Below are positions 39,063-48,016 of a DNA stretch of 64,000 nucleotides, piece by piece. Below the pieces are notes generated by a model. It searched no databases and was not told the DNA's origin. It saw nothing but the letters and a program-made list of their open reading frames with translations. This DNA is from an uncultured bacterium. GTDB taxonomy: Bacteria; Acidobacteriota; Thermoanaerobaculia; Multivoradales; JAHZIX01. The DNA lies in the NCBI GenBank assembly GCA_965368975.1, contig CBDUPA010000021.1, forward strand, positions 32,001-96,000, in the 5' to 3' direction. Positions within the stretch are counted from its first letter, which is position 1, and the number at the start of each line of letters is the position of its first letter. The position numbers and the translations under genes are program-made.

Positions 39063-40000
39063 CAGGAAACTCCGGGATCGTCGAGCAACGGCAGCTCAGG
39101 GTAATAATAACCTTCGTGGTAGTCAGTGCGCACGGTATCCAGCGCCAGCACCAGGTCGGGTTCGGATGCGGGCTGAAAGCGGCCCGCCGCCAGGGCTTCC
39201 ATGTCAGCCTTGCCAGCGTCGTGAGCAAAACTTCGGCCGTCGAAGATCGCCAGCCAGCCAGACGGCACCGGCAGGACTTGCAGCGGCGACTCCTTCTCCT
39301 TCGTCTCGTGCCACCAGTCCAGGTAGGTGTCGAAAAGCCGCCGCACCTTCCACTCTGAAGCGGCTTCAGCGTCCAGACGGCCAGCGTCGATCAGACACTC
39401 GACCAGTCGGGGCAGCGGTAGCGGCAGGATACGAAACTGCCGCGGCTGCACCGCCGCGTTGGCATAGAACTGGTAGACCGGCTCGTCGTACTCGGTCAGA
39501 CTCGAGAGTTCGGCGTCAAAATGCAGGTTCTCGGCCTGGATGTCCGCCTCCGGCGCGGTGGTCGAGGCGCGCGCGTCGTCCAGCTTGACGGCGCGCACGA
39601 AGAGATGCGTGCCGGCAAGTCCGGTCTCGACCCGCCGTAGCAACTCGACCAGATACGGGCACGTCTCGCAAACGTGCTGCCGCAGCGCTGCCGGCAACGG
39701 TCGCGGCAGGTCAGTCAGGCGTCCACCGCGCAGGGCCGTCAAATGGCCTTCCGCACGCAACCGCGCCATCTCCGCGATGGCACCGCTGCTCAGCTCCGGC
39801 GTCAGTGGCGACGGCAACGGCAGGATGCGCACCTCCTGGTCGAGGTCATCGAACTCGATGGTCTCGGCGAACGGCTGCACGCGCTCGACCACACCCGTCT
39901 CTTCGAGAAGAGTCGACCCGAAAGCTACCCCAAGAGCAGCCACAACCGTGCCCGCCTGAGGCACGGTGTAAACGGCGCGGGGACGGTCCGATGCAGGCAT
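39062..40000 (-). CDS. Hypothetical protein, possible Kdo-hydroxylase-like Fe(II)/2OG dioxygenase
   Basis: NLHFDAE...QFYANAAVQPRQF...WLAIFDGRSFAHDAG gives an HxD...H facial-triad pattern. Its stop overlaps the acyltransferase start. Confidence 0.5.
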   Translation of the reverse strand: MPASDRPRAVYTVPQAGTVVAALGVAFGSTLLEETGVVERVQPFAETIEFDDLDQEVRILPLPSPLTPELSSGAIAEMARLRAEGHLTALRGGRLTDLPRPLPAALRQHVCETCPYLVELLRRVETGLAGTHLFVRAVKLDDARASTTAPEADIQAENLHFDAELSSLTEYDEPVYQFYANAAVQPRQFRILPLPLPRLVECLIDAGRLDAEAASEWKVRRLFDTYLDWWHETKEKESPLQVLPVPSGWLAIFDGRSFAHDAGKADMEALAAGRFQPASEPDLVLALDTVRTDYHEGYYYPELPLLDDPGVS

Positions 40001-40086
40001 TCGCGGAGGCTAGCACAGCCTCTGCCGTCAGCAGCCGGCCTCAGACGTCAGACGCAGGCGCCCCGGCCTTCAGGGCCCGCAACGGG

Positions 40087-40788
40087 TCAACGTGCATACT
40101 GCAACCACAGGCGATCGAACTCACCCTGGAAATCGCGCAGTAAACGAGCATCGTCGCTGACCACCAGGTTCTCCTCGTTGCTGTCCGCGGCGCTGCGCGT
40201 CCAGTTGTAGCTACCCGTGACCAAGATCTCTCGGTCGAAGATGGCGAACTTGTGGTGCATGTGCTTGTCCGCGGCGTCGAAGCGCACGTCGATGCCATCC
40301 TGCGCCAGGCGCGAGACGTCGGAGCCGAGATCGCCAGACTTCTCCATGTCGCTCAGGATGCGTACGCTCACTCCCCGCCGATGGGCATCGCGCACCGCTT
40401 CGGACAGGCGGTCGTCCGTGATGGTGAAGACGCAGATGTCGAGCGTGCGTGCGGCCTGGCCGAGCAGATGGCGCAGCCGATTCAGGCACTCTGGACCCGG
40501 GCTGAAGTGCCCTTCGGCACATGTCGGCGGCGCCAGGGACTCACGCTCGTAGGCACGCAGCGCAGCAGTCAATTCTTCCAGCCATTTCAACACCTGTCTA
40601 TCGCGCGTCGAGGTCAGATTCTCCGCCGCCAGGTCGAATATCCTGTTACGCATGTAGCCCAGCCGCTGACTGTCTGGTGCTTGCTCTTCGAGCCATCCCT
40701 TGAATGCCTTGCGTTCGCCGCGCGATAGACGAGAGTCCTCGAGCGTGGCGCGCAGGATATCTTCGATTCCGGGAGTTCCCATGTTCAT
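40087..40788 (-). CDS. Phospholipase D-like (single HKD, Nuc-type) protein
   Basis: LDICVFTITD, HMHHKFAIFD and TGSYNWTRSA...NEEN. Confidence 0.9.
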   Translation of the reverse strand: MNMGTPGIEDILRATLEDSRLSRGERKAFKGWLEEQAPDSQRLGYMRNRIFDLAAENLTSTRDRQVLKWLEELTAALRAYERESLAPPTCAEGHFSPGPECLNRLRHLLGQAARTLDICVFTITDDRLSEAVRDAHRRGVSVRILSDMEKSGDLGSDVSRLAQDGIDVRFDAADKHMHHKFAIFDREILVTGSYNWTRSAADSNEENLVVSDDARLLRDFQGEFDRLWLQYAR

Positions 40789-40789
40789 G

Positions 40790-41833
40790 ATGTCCTCACA
40801 TTCTCCTAGTGTCGCGAATAGCCCTACCTCCTCTGGCCCCACCCAAAGACGCGAGTTCCACGGTCAGAACAGACCGTACGAAGTTACCCCACGCATCTGC
40901 GACCTCGGCATCGACGCCACGACCTGCATGTACGGCGTCTACGCCCTGCCGACCCCCGAGGGCGGCTTCGTCCTGATCGAGACCGGCCCGAGCAGCGGCC
41001 TGTCTCGGCTACGGCACTGGCTTTCGGAGCAAGGCCTGGCACTGCAGGATCTGCGCGCCATCTTCCTCACCCACGTCCACCTGGACCACTCCGGAGCCTG
41101 CGGCACCCTGCTACGCCAGCGTGAGGTGCCAGTGTACTGCCACCCGCAAGCAGTCGACCACTTGGTGGATCCGAGCCGGCTCAAGGTCGGCAGTGATTCG
41201 CTCTTCCGCGCCAACCTCGACCAGATGTGGGGCAACGTCGAGGCCGTGGCCCCCAAGCAGCTCCACGGCATGGCTGACGGCGAGTCGATCACTGTCGGTG
41301 GCCTACACCTGCGCGCCTGGCATACGCCGGGACATGCCAGCAACCACGTCGCCTGGCAGTGGCTGAACGCCCCCGCGGCTGAGCGCAATGGTGGCAGATG
41401 CTCGATCTTCGCCGGCGATGTCGCCGGAATCTGCTTACCCGGCGCCTCCTACGTCTGGCCGCCCACTCCCTCGCCCGACTTCGATCTCGACGGCTGGCTC
41501 TACAGCCTCGACCGGCTACGCCAGTTGCAGGCCGGACGCCTCTACCTGAGTCACTTCGGTGCCGTCGATGAAGTCACGGCACACCTCGACCAGCTGCAGG
41601 CACGCCTGTTGCGCTGGGTCGAGCTGGCCGAACGCGTGATGGCCGAAAGTTCGTCCAGCGGACGCGTCGCCGCTGAACTCAAACTCCTCGACGATGGCGA
41701 AGTCGCCTCCGCGGGCGTACCCCCCGAAGTCTTCGCCACTTTCGACCGCAACAACCCCCACCGCCTCAACGCTGCGGGACTGGTCCGTTACCTGGTTCAG
41801 CGCGAAGCCCAGCTCACCCGCCGGGCGGGATGA
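40790..41833 (+). CDS. MBL-fold metallohydrolase (start uncertain)
   Basis: LIETGP, THVHLDHSG, HTPGHA and FAGD. Confidence 0.85.
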   Translation: MSSHSPSVANSPTSSGPTQRREFHGQNRPYEVTPRICDLGIDATTCMYGVYALPTPEGGFVLIETGPSSGLSRLRHWLSEQGLALQDLRAIFLTHVHLDHSGACGTLLRQREVPVYCHPQAVDHLVDPSRLKVGSDSLFRANLDQMWGNVEAVAPKQLHGMADGESITVGGLHLRAWHTPGHASNHVAWQWLNAPAAERNGGRCSIFAGDVAGICLPGASYVWPPTPSPDFDLDGWLYSLDRLRQLQAGRLYLSHFGAVDEVTAHLDQLQARLLRWVELAERVMAESSSSGRVAAELKLLDDGEVASAGVPPEVFATFDRNNPHRLNAAGLVRYLVQREAQLTRRAG

Positions 41834-41857
41834 GCCCGCTCCGGCGGAGCCTAACTC

Positions 41858-42931
41858 CTACGACGCGTCTTCGATCAGGTCCGCCTTGCGCAGCTGAAGG
41901 CGTTCCGCGACGCGCTCGCTGACTTCGTAGACCCAGGAGCCGTGCAGGCGATTGAAGTCTTCCAGCTCGTCCAGGCGCAACCGCAGGTCGGCTTTTTCCT
42001 GTAGCTCTTCGTCCGCTTCTTCGGTCGAGAAGGTGATCTGGTCGACGGTGTGGAAGGAACGTACCTGTAGGAAGTGACGGCCGTCGCGTTCGGCGCCGAG
42101 GAGTTCGTAGCCGGTCTGCTCGTCGAGCCAGAACTTCAGGTGCTGGTCGAAGTTCAGGCCGGCGACTTCTGGGGCGTTGGCCAGGAAGACCTGGTCGAAG
42201 GTGAGGTAGCTGAGCGCGGACTTGACCTTGTTGACCTCGGAAGCCTTCGCCTGACGGCCAGCTGGCACCTCCAGGAGTTGCAGTCCACTGCTCTCTTCGG
42301 GGATTTCGAAGGCGAAGTCGGCACCTTCGATGCGCGCCAGATCGCTTTGCTGGATGTCGAGGATGTCCTTGTCCAAAAAGCCCTCGACATCGCTGGCGAC
42401 GTTGAGCGCCTGCTCGGTGAGGTAGACGGGCTGAGCGTCATCGCTGTCTGCGGCTTCGTCCTCGGCAGGCAAACGCTGCACGGCGACGCCGGCGCCTTCG
42501 GAGTCGACATAGCGGAAGCGCACCATGGTGTCACCGCTGGCGTCGAGCAAGTGGATCTGCCGCGCGCCACTGGTGGTGAGCCCCGCGGCTTCGGCGGTGC
42601 TGTCGCCCTTGCCGAGTTGGCGCTCGAGGCTGAGATCGAGAAGGTCGCGCAGCAGGCGGTTGACGGTCTCGTTGCGCGCCGGGTACCCCTCGGCTTCGAC
42701 GATCAAGAAGGTGCCCTCGCCGCGACGCAGGGTCACGGACGTGTCCTCTTCGCCCTCGGTCTCCGTACCGCGCAGCTGGATGGTGGCGATCTGATCGACG
42801 TCGAGCGCTTCCAGGAACTTCTGGCCGCGCTCGAAGCGGTCGGCCCGCGTGACACTGTCGCGGTAGGTCCACAAGGACAACAACAACAAGACGGCGGCGA
42901 CCGTCGCCAGGGTGGTGTTCAGTTTACGCAT
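41858..42931 (-). CDS. DUF4340 domain protein (GldAFG-like ABC-associated)
   Basis: N-terminal TM helix and EGYPARNETVNRLL. Last gene of the ABC/GldG operon. Confidence 0.75.
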   Translation of the reverse strand: MRKLNTTLATVAAVLLLLSLWTYRDSVTRADRFERGQKFLEALDVDQIATIQLRGTETEGEEDTSVTLRRGEGTFLIVEAEGYPARNETVNRLLRDLLDLSLERQLGKGDSTAEAAGLTTSGARQIHLLDASGDTMVRFRYVDSEGAGVAVQRLPAEDEAADSDDAQPVYLTEQALNVASDVEGFLDKDILDIQQSDLARIEGADFAFEIPEESSGLQLLEVPAGRQAKASEVNKVKSALSYLTFDQVFLANAPEVAGLNFDQHLKFWLDEQTGYELLGAERDGRHFLQVRSFHTVDQITFSTEEADEELQEKADLRLRLDELEDFNRLHGSWVYEVSERVAERLQLRKADLIEDAS

Positions 42932-45071
42932 CGTCACTCTTCTCCTTTGCAACCTCGACCTCGTTCCCTGCGGCAGGCGCACCTGCGGCTGGCGTACCCG
43001 CGGCTGGCGTACCCGCTCGACGGGCCAGAGCTTCACTCAGCATGGCGCGGCGGCGCCAAGCGACGCCGATGCCGGCGAGCAGCACCAGCAGCGGCATCCA
43101 CACCAGCACACTGAAGCGCACGCTCGCCTCCTCGCGTTCCAGCGCCTGACGCCGCTCCTTGCGGATCTCGCGCAGCTCGCGCTCACGCTCGGTCAGCGTC
43201 GTATTGACGCGCTCGACCTCGTCGCGCAGCTGCTTCTCCATCAGCGCCGCGTTGCGCTGCGTCATCTCGCTCTGCTTCTGGCTCAGCTCTTCCTGGAATC
43301 GCTGGATGTCTTCGCGCAGCTGACGCTCACGCTCCAACGTTTCCGCCGCCGCCGAGGCTTCGATCTCGTCGAAGCGCAGGAAGGGACGATCGATGCTGTG
43401 CTTGGCGCGCACTTGCATCAGCTCTTCCGAGCCGAGCAGGTAGTCGACGGCGTTGAGCAGCACCTTGTGGTTGTCGTTGGCCGCTTGCAGCAGGTTGAAG
43501 ACGTTGCTGGCGAAGGCGATCTGGTCGGACAGCAGGTCGACGTCGGCGAACACCAAGACCGTCGCGTCGTCCCGCTGCTCCTCGGCCACCGGCTCGCGCC
43601 GCACCATCTCGGCATCGGCGGGCGGTGGCAGCTCGATCCCCGGGGGCAAACCGGGTGGCGGGGCTGGTGTCTCGGCGGGGAACTCGACGCCCTGCGGGAA
43701 GGCGGACGGCAGGCGGCCGCTCAGCTGGTAGGCGAGCACGACTTTCTCGGTACCCGGGCTGTAGCGATCGCGCAGCTTGGCCGGATCGCCGAGGTCCATG
43801 TAGTGCAGTCCCTCGGCACCGAAGCCGGGCTGGATCTCCAGCGTCGTGCCGGCGACGGTGGTGGTGATCAGCGGCGTGTACTCGACGCCGGCCGTATCGT
43901 TGTCCACGCCGTCCACCCGCTCCAGCGCGCCAGCCAGCACCAGGCGCAGGTCGGTCAGCCCCTGGAACACGGGATGATCAGGCGCCAGCGTCTGCTCCAG
44001 CATCGAACCGTCGAGCAGCAGGTCGATCAGGAACAGCTCGGTCCCACCCGTGCGCGTCGGCCGCTGCACGGCCAGGTCGAGATCGACGGCGAACTGGTTC
44101 TCGGGGCGCTGCAGGCCCCAGGCCGCGAGCAGCGGCTCCAGGTTGGATGCCGGCTGGTACTGCATCGCCTCCAGCTGTTGCTGCGGCGACTGTAGGAAGG
44201 CGGGCTGATCGTCGATGGCATAGGGATCGAGGAAGATCAGCGCGTTGCCGCCGGTGGTCACCCACTGGTCGATCGCCCACTGGGTCTTGACCGGCAGGCT
44301 CTTCGGGTGGATCACCAGCAGCAGGTCATACACGTCCCGCGAGATCTCGTCGACATCGGTGCCCAGGCTCTCGACCTGGTACAGCTCGCGCAGCAGGTCC
44401 AGGACGACCCACGGCTGCTGCGGCTGCCGTCCCTGGGCTGCCAGCATCTGCTGCATGTAGGGGTTGTCGGCGCCGGAACCCAACACTTCCAGGCTCGAAA
44501 TCACGCCGATGCGGCCGCCGACCGGCCACTGCAAACGGTAGAGCGTCTTGGAGATCTCGTACTCCAGATTCTCTTGCTGGTCTGGCCACAGAAACTCGAC
44601 CACCTCGCGGCTGCCGGTCTGGGTCTCGAACAAGAGGCCGAAGAAGAAGCGATCGCCCTCCTGGTTGATCACCTTGCCGTCGAGCCCGGCTTCCAGGGCG
44701 TCTTGTTCTTCGTCACTGTCCGGCAGCGGATCGACGAACTCGACGCGCAACCGCCCTTCGGACGCCCGCTCGTACTCGCGCAACAGGCTGCGCACATAGC
44801 GCTCATAGGTCAGGAAGTTCTTGATGAAGCGAGGCAGCGTCTTGCCGGTGGTCTCGGAAAAGTAGAGCGTGATGTCGACCGGCTTCTTACCCTCCTGGCG
44901 CATCTTGGCCAGCAAGCCTTCGCTACCCGGGGTCAAGGAATAGAGGTCGTCCTCGGTGAGGTCGACACGCACCCCCTCGGCCTGGCGTTGGAAGATGTGG
45001 ACGGCGAACACGACACACAGCACCACCAGGATCACGGTGGTGGCGCGGGACTGCAGGATCCGTTGCAACAT
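42924..45071 (-). CDS. GldG-family ABC auxiliary protein
   Basis: RVDLTEDDLYSLT, LEYEIS, IDQWV..GG and LLNAVDYLLG, with a C-terminal coiled coil and TM helix. Confidence 0.88.
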   Translation of the reverse strand: MLQRILQSRATTVILVVLCVVFAVHIFQRQAEGVRVDLTEDDLYSLTPGSEGLLAKMRQEGKKPVDITLYFSETTGKTLPRFIKNFLTYERYVRSLLREYERASEGRLRVEFVDPLPDSDEEQDALEAGLDGKVINQEGDRFFFGLLFETQTGSREVVEFLWPDQQENLEYEISKTLYRLQWPVGGRIGVISSLEVLGSGADNPYMQQMLAAQGRQPQQPWVVLDLLRELYQVESLGTDVDEISRDVYDLLLVIHPKSLPVKTQWAIDQWVTTGGNALIFLDPYAIDDQPAFLQSPQQQLEAMQYQPASNLEPLLAAWGLQRPENQFAVDLDLAVQRPTRTGGTELFLIDLLLDGSMLEQTLAPDHPVFQGLTDLRLVLAGALERVDGVDNDTAGVEYTPLITTTVAGTTLEIQPGFGAEGLHYMDLGDPAKLRDRYSPGTEKVVLAYQLSGRLPSAFPQGVEFPAETPAPPPGLPPGIELPPPADAEMVRREPVAEEQRDDATVLVFADVDLLSDQIAFASNVFNLLQAANDNHKVLLNAVDYLLGSEELMQVRAKHSIDRPFLRFDEIEASAAAETLERERQLREDIQRFQEELSQKQSEMTQRNAALMEKQLRDEVERVNTTLTERERELREIRKERRQALEREEASVRFSVLVWMPLLVLLAGIGVAWRRRAMLSEALARRAGTPAAGTPAAGAPAAGNEVEVAKEKSDDA

Positions 45072-45097
45072 AGTGAAACTCTCCTTGGTCGACGTGG

Positions 45098-45856
45098 TCA
45101 GTTGGCTTTCGTCTGGCGCAGCACCAGCGCGCCACAGACCAACCAGCTGGCGGTGAACAGGAGGAAGAAAGCGAGGGAGCCGAGTTCGAGCAGACCGCGG
45201 CTGAAGGTGGCGAGATGGTCGAGCAGGCTCAGGGACGCGACCAGCTGTTCGGCATACGAGCCCAGGATGTCGCCGACACCTTGCTGTGTCTCGGGTAGGC
45301 CGAGAAGCAGGAAGAGCACCGACGCCGCGACGCCGAGGATGAAGGCAACCACCTGGTTCTTGCTCGACGCCGAGAACAGCATGCCGATGGCCAGGAAGAC
45401 CCCGCCGGTGAGCCCACAGCCCAGGTAGCCAGCGAAGATCACGCCCCAGTCGGGATCGCCGAGTCGCGCCACCTGGTAGACCATCGGCCAGGTGCACAGC
45501 AGCGAGATACACAGGAAGCACCAACCCGCCAGGAACTTGCCGGCATAGGCGCCTTCCAGCGTCACCGGCAGGGTGAGCAGCAGCTCGACGGTGCCGCTCT
45601 TGCGCTCCTCGGCCCACAGCCGCATGGCCACCGCCGGTACCAGCACGACGAAGATCCACGGGATGTACTGGAAGAAGGGCGTCAGGTCGGCCTGCCGCAG
45701 CTCCAGGAAACGGCCGAAGTCGCGCGAGATGGCGAGATAGCCACTGGCGACCAGGAAGATGACGATGAAGATGTAGCCGAGCGGCGAGGAGAAGTAGCTC
45801 TTGAGCTCGCGCCGGAAGACCGCCTTCCAGCCTTGGAGATCGATTCGGTTGCTCAT
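45098..45856 (-). CDS. ABC-2 permease (GldF-like)
   Basis: RELKSYFSSPLGY and MRLWAEERKSGTVELLLTLP. Confidence 0.92.
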   Translation of the reverse strand: MSNRIDLQGWKAVFRRELKSYFSSPLGYIFIVIFLVASGYLAISRDFGRFLELRQADLTPFFQYIPWIFVVLVPAVAMRLWAEERKSGTVELLLTLPVTLEGAYAGKFLAGWCFLCISLLCTWPMVYQVARLGDPDWGVIFAGYLGCGLTGGVFLAIGMLFSASSKNQVVAFILGVAASVLFLLLGLPETQQGVGDILGSYAEQLVASLSLLDHLATFSRGLLELGSLAFFLLFTASWLVCGALVLRQTKAN

Positions 45857-46608
45857 GCTGCCACCCCCTGCGTCACGTCACGGAAGAGTTCGTCGAGACG
45901 GCCGCCCGGTGCCTGCGCGCGCAGCTCCTGCGGCGTCGAATCGACCAGGATGCGACCACGCGAGATGATCAAGGCGCGATTGCACACCCGCTCGACCTCG
46001 TCGAGGATATGGGTTGACAGCAGGATCGCCTTGTCCGCCGCCAGCTCTTCGATCAGCTGGTGCACCATGAATTTCTGGTTCGGGTCGAGACCATCGGTGG
46101 GTTCGTCGAGGATCAGCACCGGCGGGTCGTGGATCAACGCCTGCGCCAGGCCGACACGCCGCTTGTAGCCTTTGGACAGCGTTTCGACCGTCTGCTGCTG
46201 CACCGACTCCAGGCCGGTCATCGCCACCACCCGGCGCACTGCCGCCGAGCGGTCGTCGAGTTCGCGCGCCTCGGCGATGAAGTCGAGAAAGCCGGTGACC
46301 GTCATCTCGCCGTAGGCCGGGGCATTCTCCGGCAGATAGCCGATCTCGCGCCGTGCCGCCAATGCGTCCACCGCGACGTCGTGGCCGCCGACGTGGATAC
46401 TGCCGGCGTCCGGTTCGAGAAAGCCGGTGATCATCTTCATCGCGGTCGTCTTGCCGGCACCGTTGGGTCCGAGGAAGCCGAGCACATCACCGCGGCACAT
46501 CTCGAAGTCGATGCCGTCCACGGCGACGATGGGACCGTAGCTCTTACGCAATCCACGGACCTCGATACCGTGCCCGTCTGAAGGTGTCGTCGTCTGGGTT
46601 TCATCCAT
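45853..46608 (-). CDS. ABC ATP-binding protein (GldA-like)
   Basis: GPNGAGKT, LSKGYKRR and ILDEPTDGLDP. Confidence 0.95.
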   Translation of the reverse strand: MDETQTTTPSDGHGIEVRGLRKSYGPIVAVDGIDFEMCRGDVLGFLGPNGAGKTTAMKMITGFLEPDAGSIHVGGHDVAVDALAARREIGYLPENAPAYGEMTVTGFLDFIAEARELDDRSAAVRRVVAMTGLESVQQQTVETLSKGYKRRVGLAQALIHDPPVLILDEPTDGLDPNQKFMVHQLIEELAADKAILLSTHILDEVERVCNRALIISRGRILVDSTPQELRAQAPGGRLDELFRDVTQGVAA

Positions 46609-46891
46609 CGTTCCACCACCTCATCGTCAGCAATCGTCTTGACTCTGCGTGCAACGCGGGTCGGGCCGGCCAAAAACTGAGTCGGCCCGCCGCAGACCGT
46701 GCCACTTTGGCACGCAGTTGTTTCATGAAAAGGTCGTCACGGCGGAGTTTCGCCGTGGATACGGCAGGGAACCAGCAAATTCTGTGCCGCCCTCGGAACC
46801 GCACGAAACACGACTCTCGCGTCGTGGCGCTCGTGATAAGTTCCCTTCCGTTCGTCCTTTCGACGGACACCCCACGAACGACACCCGAACC

Positions 46892-48016
46892 ATGCGCGTA
46901 TCTTCACTCCTCCCCGGCCTCGCCGCCGCCGTCGCCGTTGCCCTCACGGCCCGCTTCGCCCACGGCCTGCTTCCGCTCGGACTCCAGCCCGTGTTGGGGG
47001 AGGTCGTGCTGGCGGTGCTGCTCGGCTTGATCATCGCCAATGTCTGGACGCTGCCAGAGACCCTGCGGCCGGGCGTCAAGTTCAGCTTTCAGACACTGCT
47101 GCGCGTCGCCATCGTGCTGCTCGGCGCCCGCCTCAGCTTGCAGCAAGTTGCTTCCATCGGTGGCAAGGCGTTGATCCTGATCGCCATCCTGATGACGCTG
47201 GCGTTGACCCTCGCCCACCATGTCGGCCGTGCCGCCGGCATCCCGCCACGGCTGGCAGCGCTGATCGGCGTCGGCACCGCGGTGTGCGGCAACTCGGCGA
47301 TCTCGGCGACGGCTCCCGTGATCGGCGCCAACGACGAAGAAGTCAGCTTCGCGGTCGCCACCAACACGCTGTTCGGTACGCTGGCCGTCTTTCTCTACCC
47401 GCTACTCGGCCACCTGCTGCAGCTCAGCGACGCCGCCTTCGGTACCTGGGCGGGTTCTGCAGTCAACGACACCTCGCAGGTCGTCGCGGCCGGCTTCGCC
47501 TTCAGTGACCCTGCCGGCGAGATCGCCACCGCCGTCAAGCTGACCCGCAATGCCCTCATGGGGATCGTCATCGTGCTGATGGGGTTCTTGTATGGTGGCT
47601 CGGATCCGACCGGCAGCTCTGACCGGGACGACGGCAGGGCCAGCGAGACAACACGTCGCGGCAAGGCGTCGAGCTTCCTGCGCCGTCTGCACCAGTCGCT
47701 GCCAGCCTTCGTTCTCGGCTTTCTGGCACTCGCGGTGCTCAATAGCCTCGGCGTGCTGAACGCCGTTTCCGACCTCGCCGGTATCGATCTGCGCACCCTG
47801 TTCACCCAGGCCTCGAAGTTCCTCATCCTCGTCGCGCTCGCCGGGGTCGGTCTCGGTACGCGCCTGGCACAGATGCGACGGATCGGCTTCAAGCCCTTCC
47901 TGCTCGGCCTGGCCGTGGCCACCGTCACCGCCGTCACCAGCTTGATCTTGATCCAGCTGCTGGGCCCCGCAACCCTCTCGACGGCACCAGTCCCGACAGG
48001 AGGCATTGCACCTTGA
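46892..48016 (+). CDS. YeiH/UPF0324 putative sulfate exporter family membrane protein
   Basis: LLRVAIVLLG, GTAVCGNSAISA, AVNDTSQVVAAG and VKLTRN. Confidence 0.9.
   Translation: MRVSSLLPGLAAAVAVALTARFAHGLLPLGLQPVLGEVVLAVLLGLIIANVWTLPETLRPGVKFSFQTLLRVAIVLLGARLSLQQVASIGGKALILIAILMTLALTLAHHVGRAAGIPPRLAALIGVGTAVCGNSAISATAPVIGANDEEVSFAVATNTLFGTLAVFLYPLLGHLLQLSDAAFGTWAGSAVNDTSQVVAAGFAFSDPAGEIATAVKLTRNALMGIVIVLMGFLYGGSDPTGSSDRDDGRASETTRRGKASSFLRRLHQSLPAFVLGFLALAVLNSLGVLNAVSDLAGIDLRTLFTQASKFLILVALAGVGLGTRLAQMRRIGFKPFLLGLAVATVTAVTSLILIQLLGPATLSTAPVPTGGIAP

Noticed and set aside
46708-46723. Sigma54 promoter (TGGCACG...)
   Set aside because: The -12 TTGC element is missing at the required spacing. The sequence is better explained as half of a palindrome.
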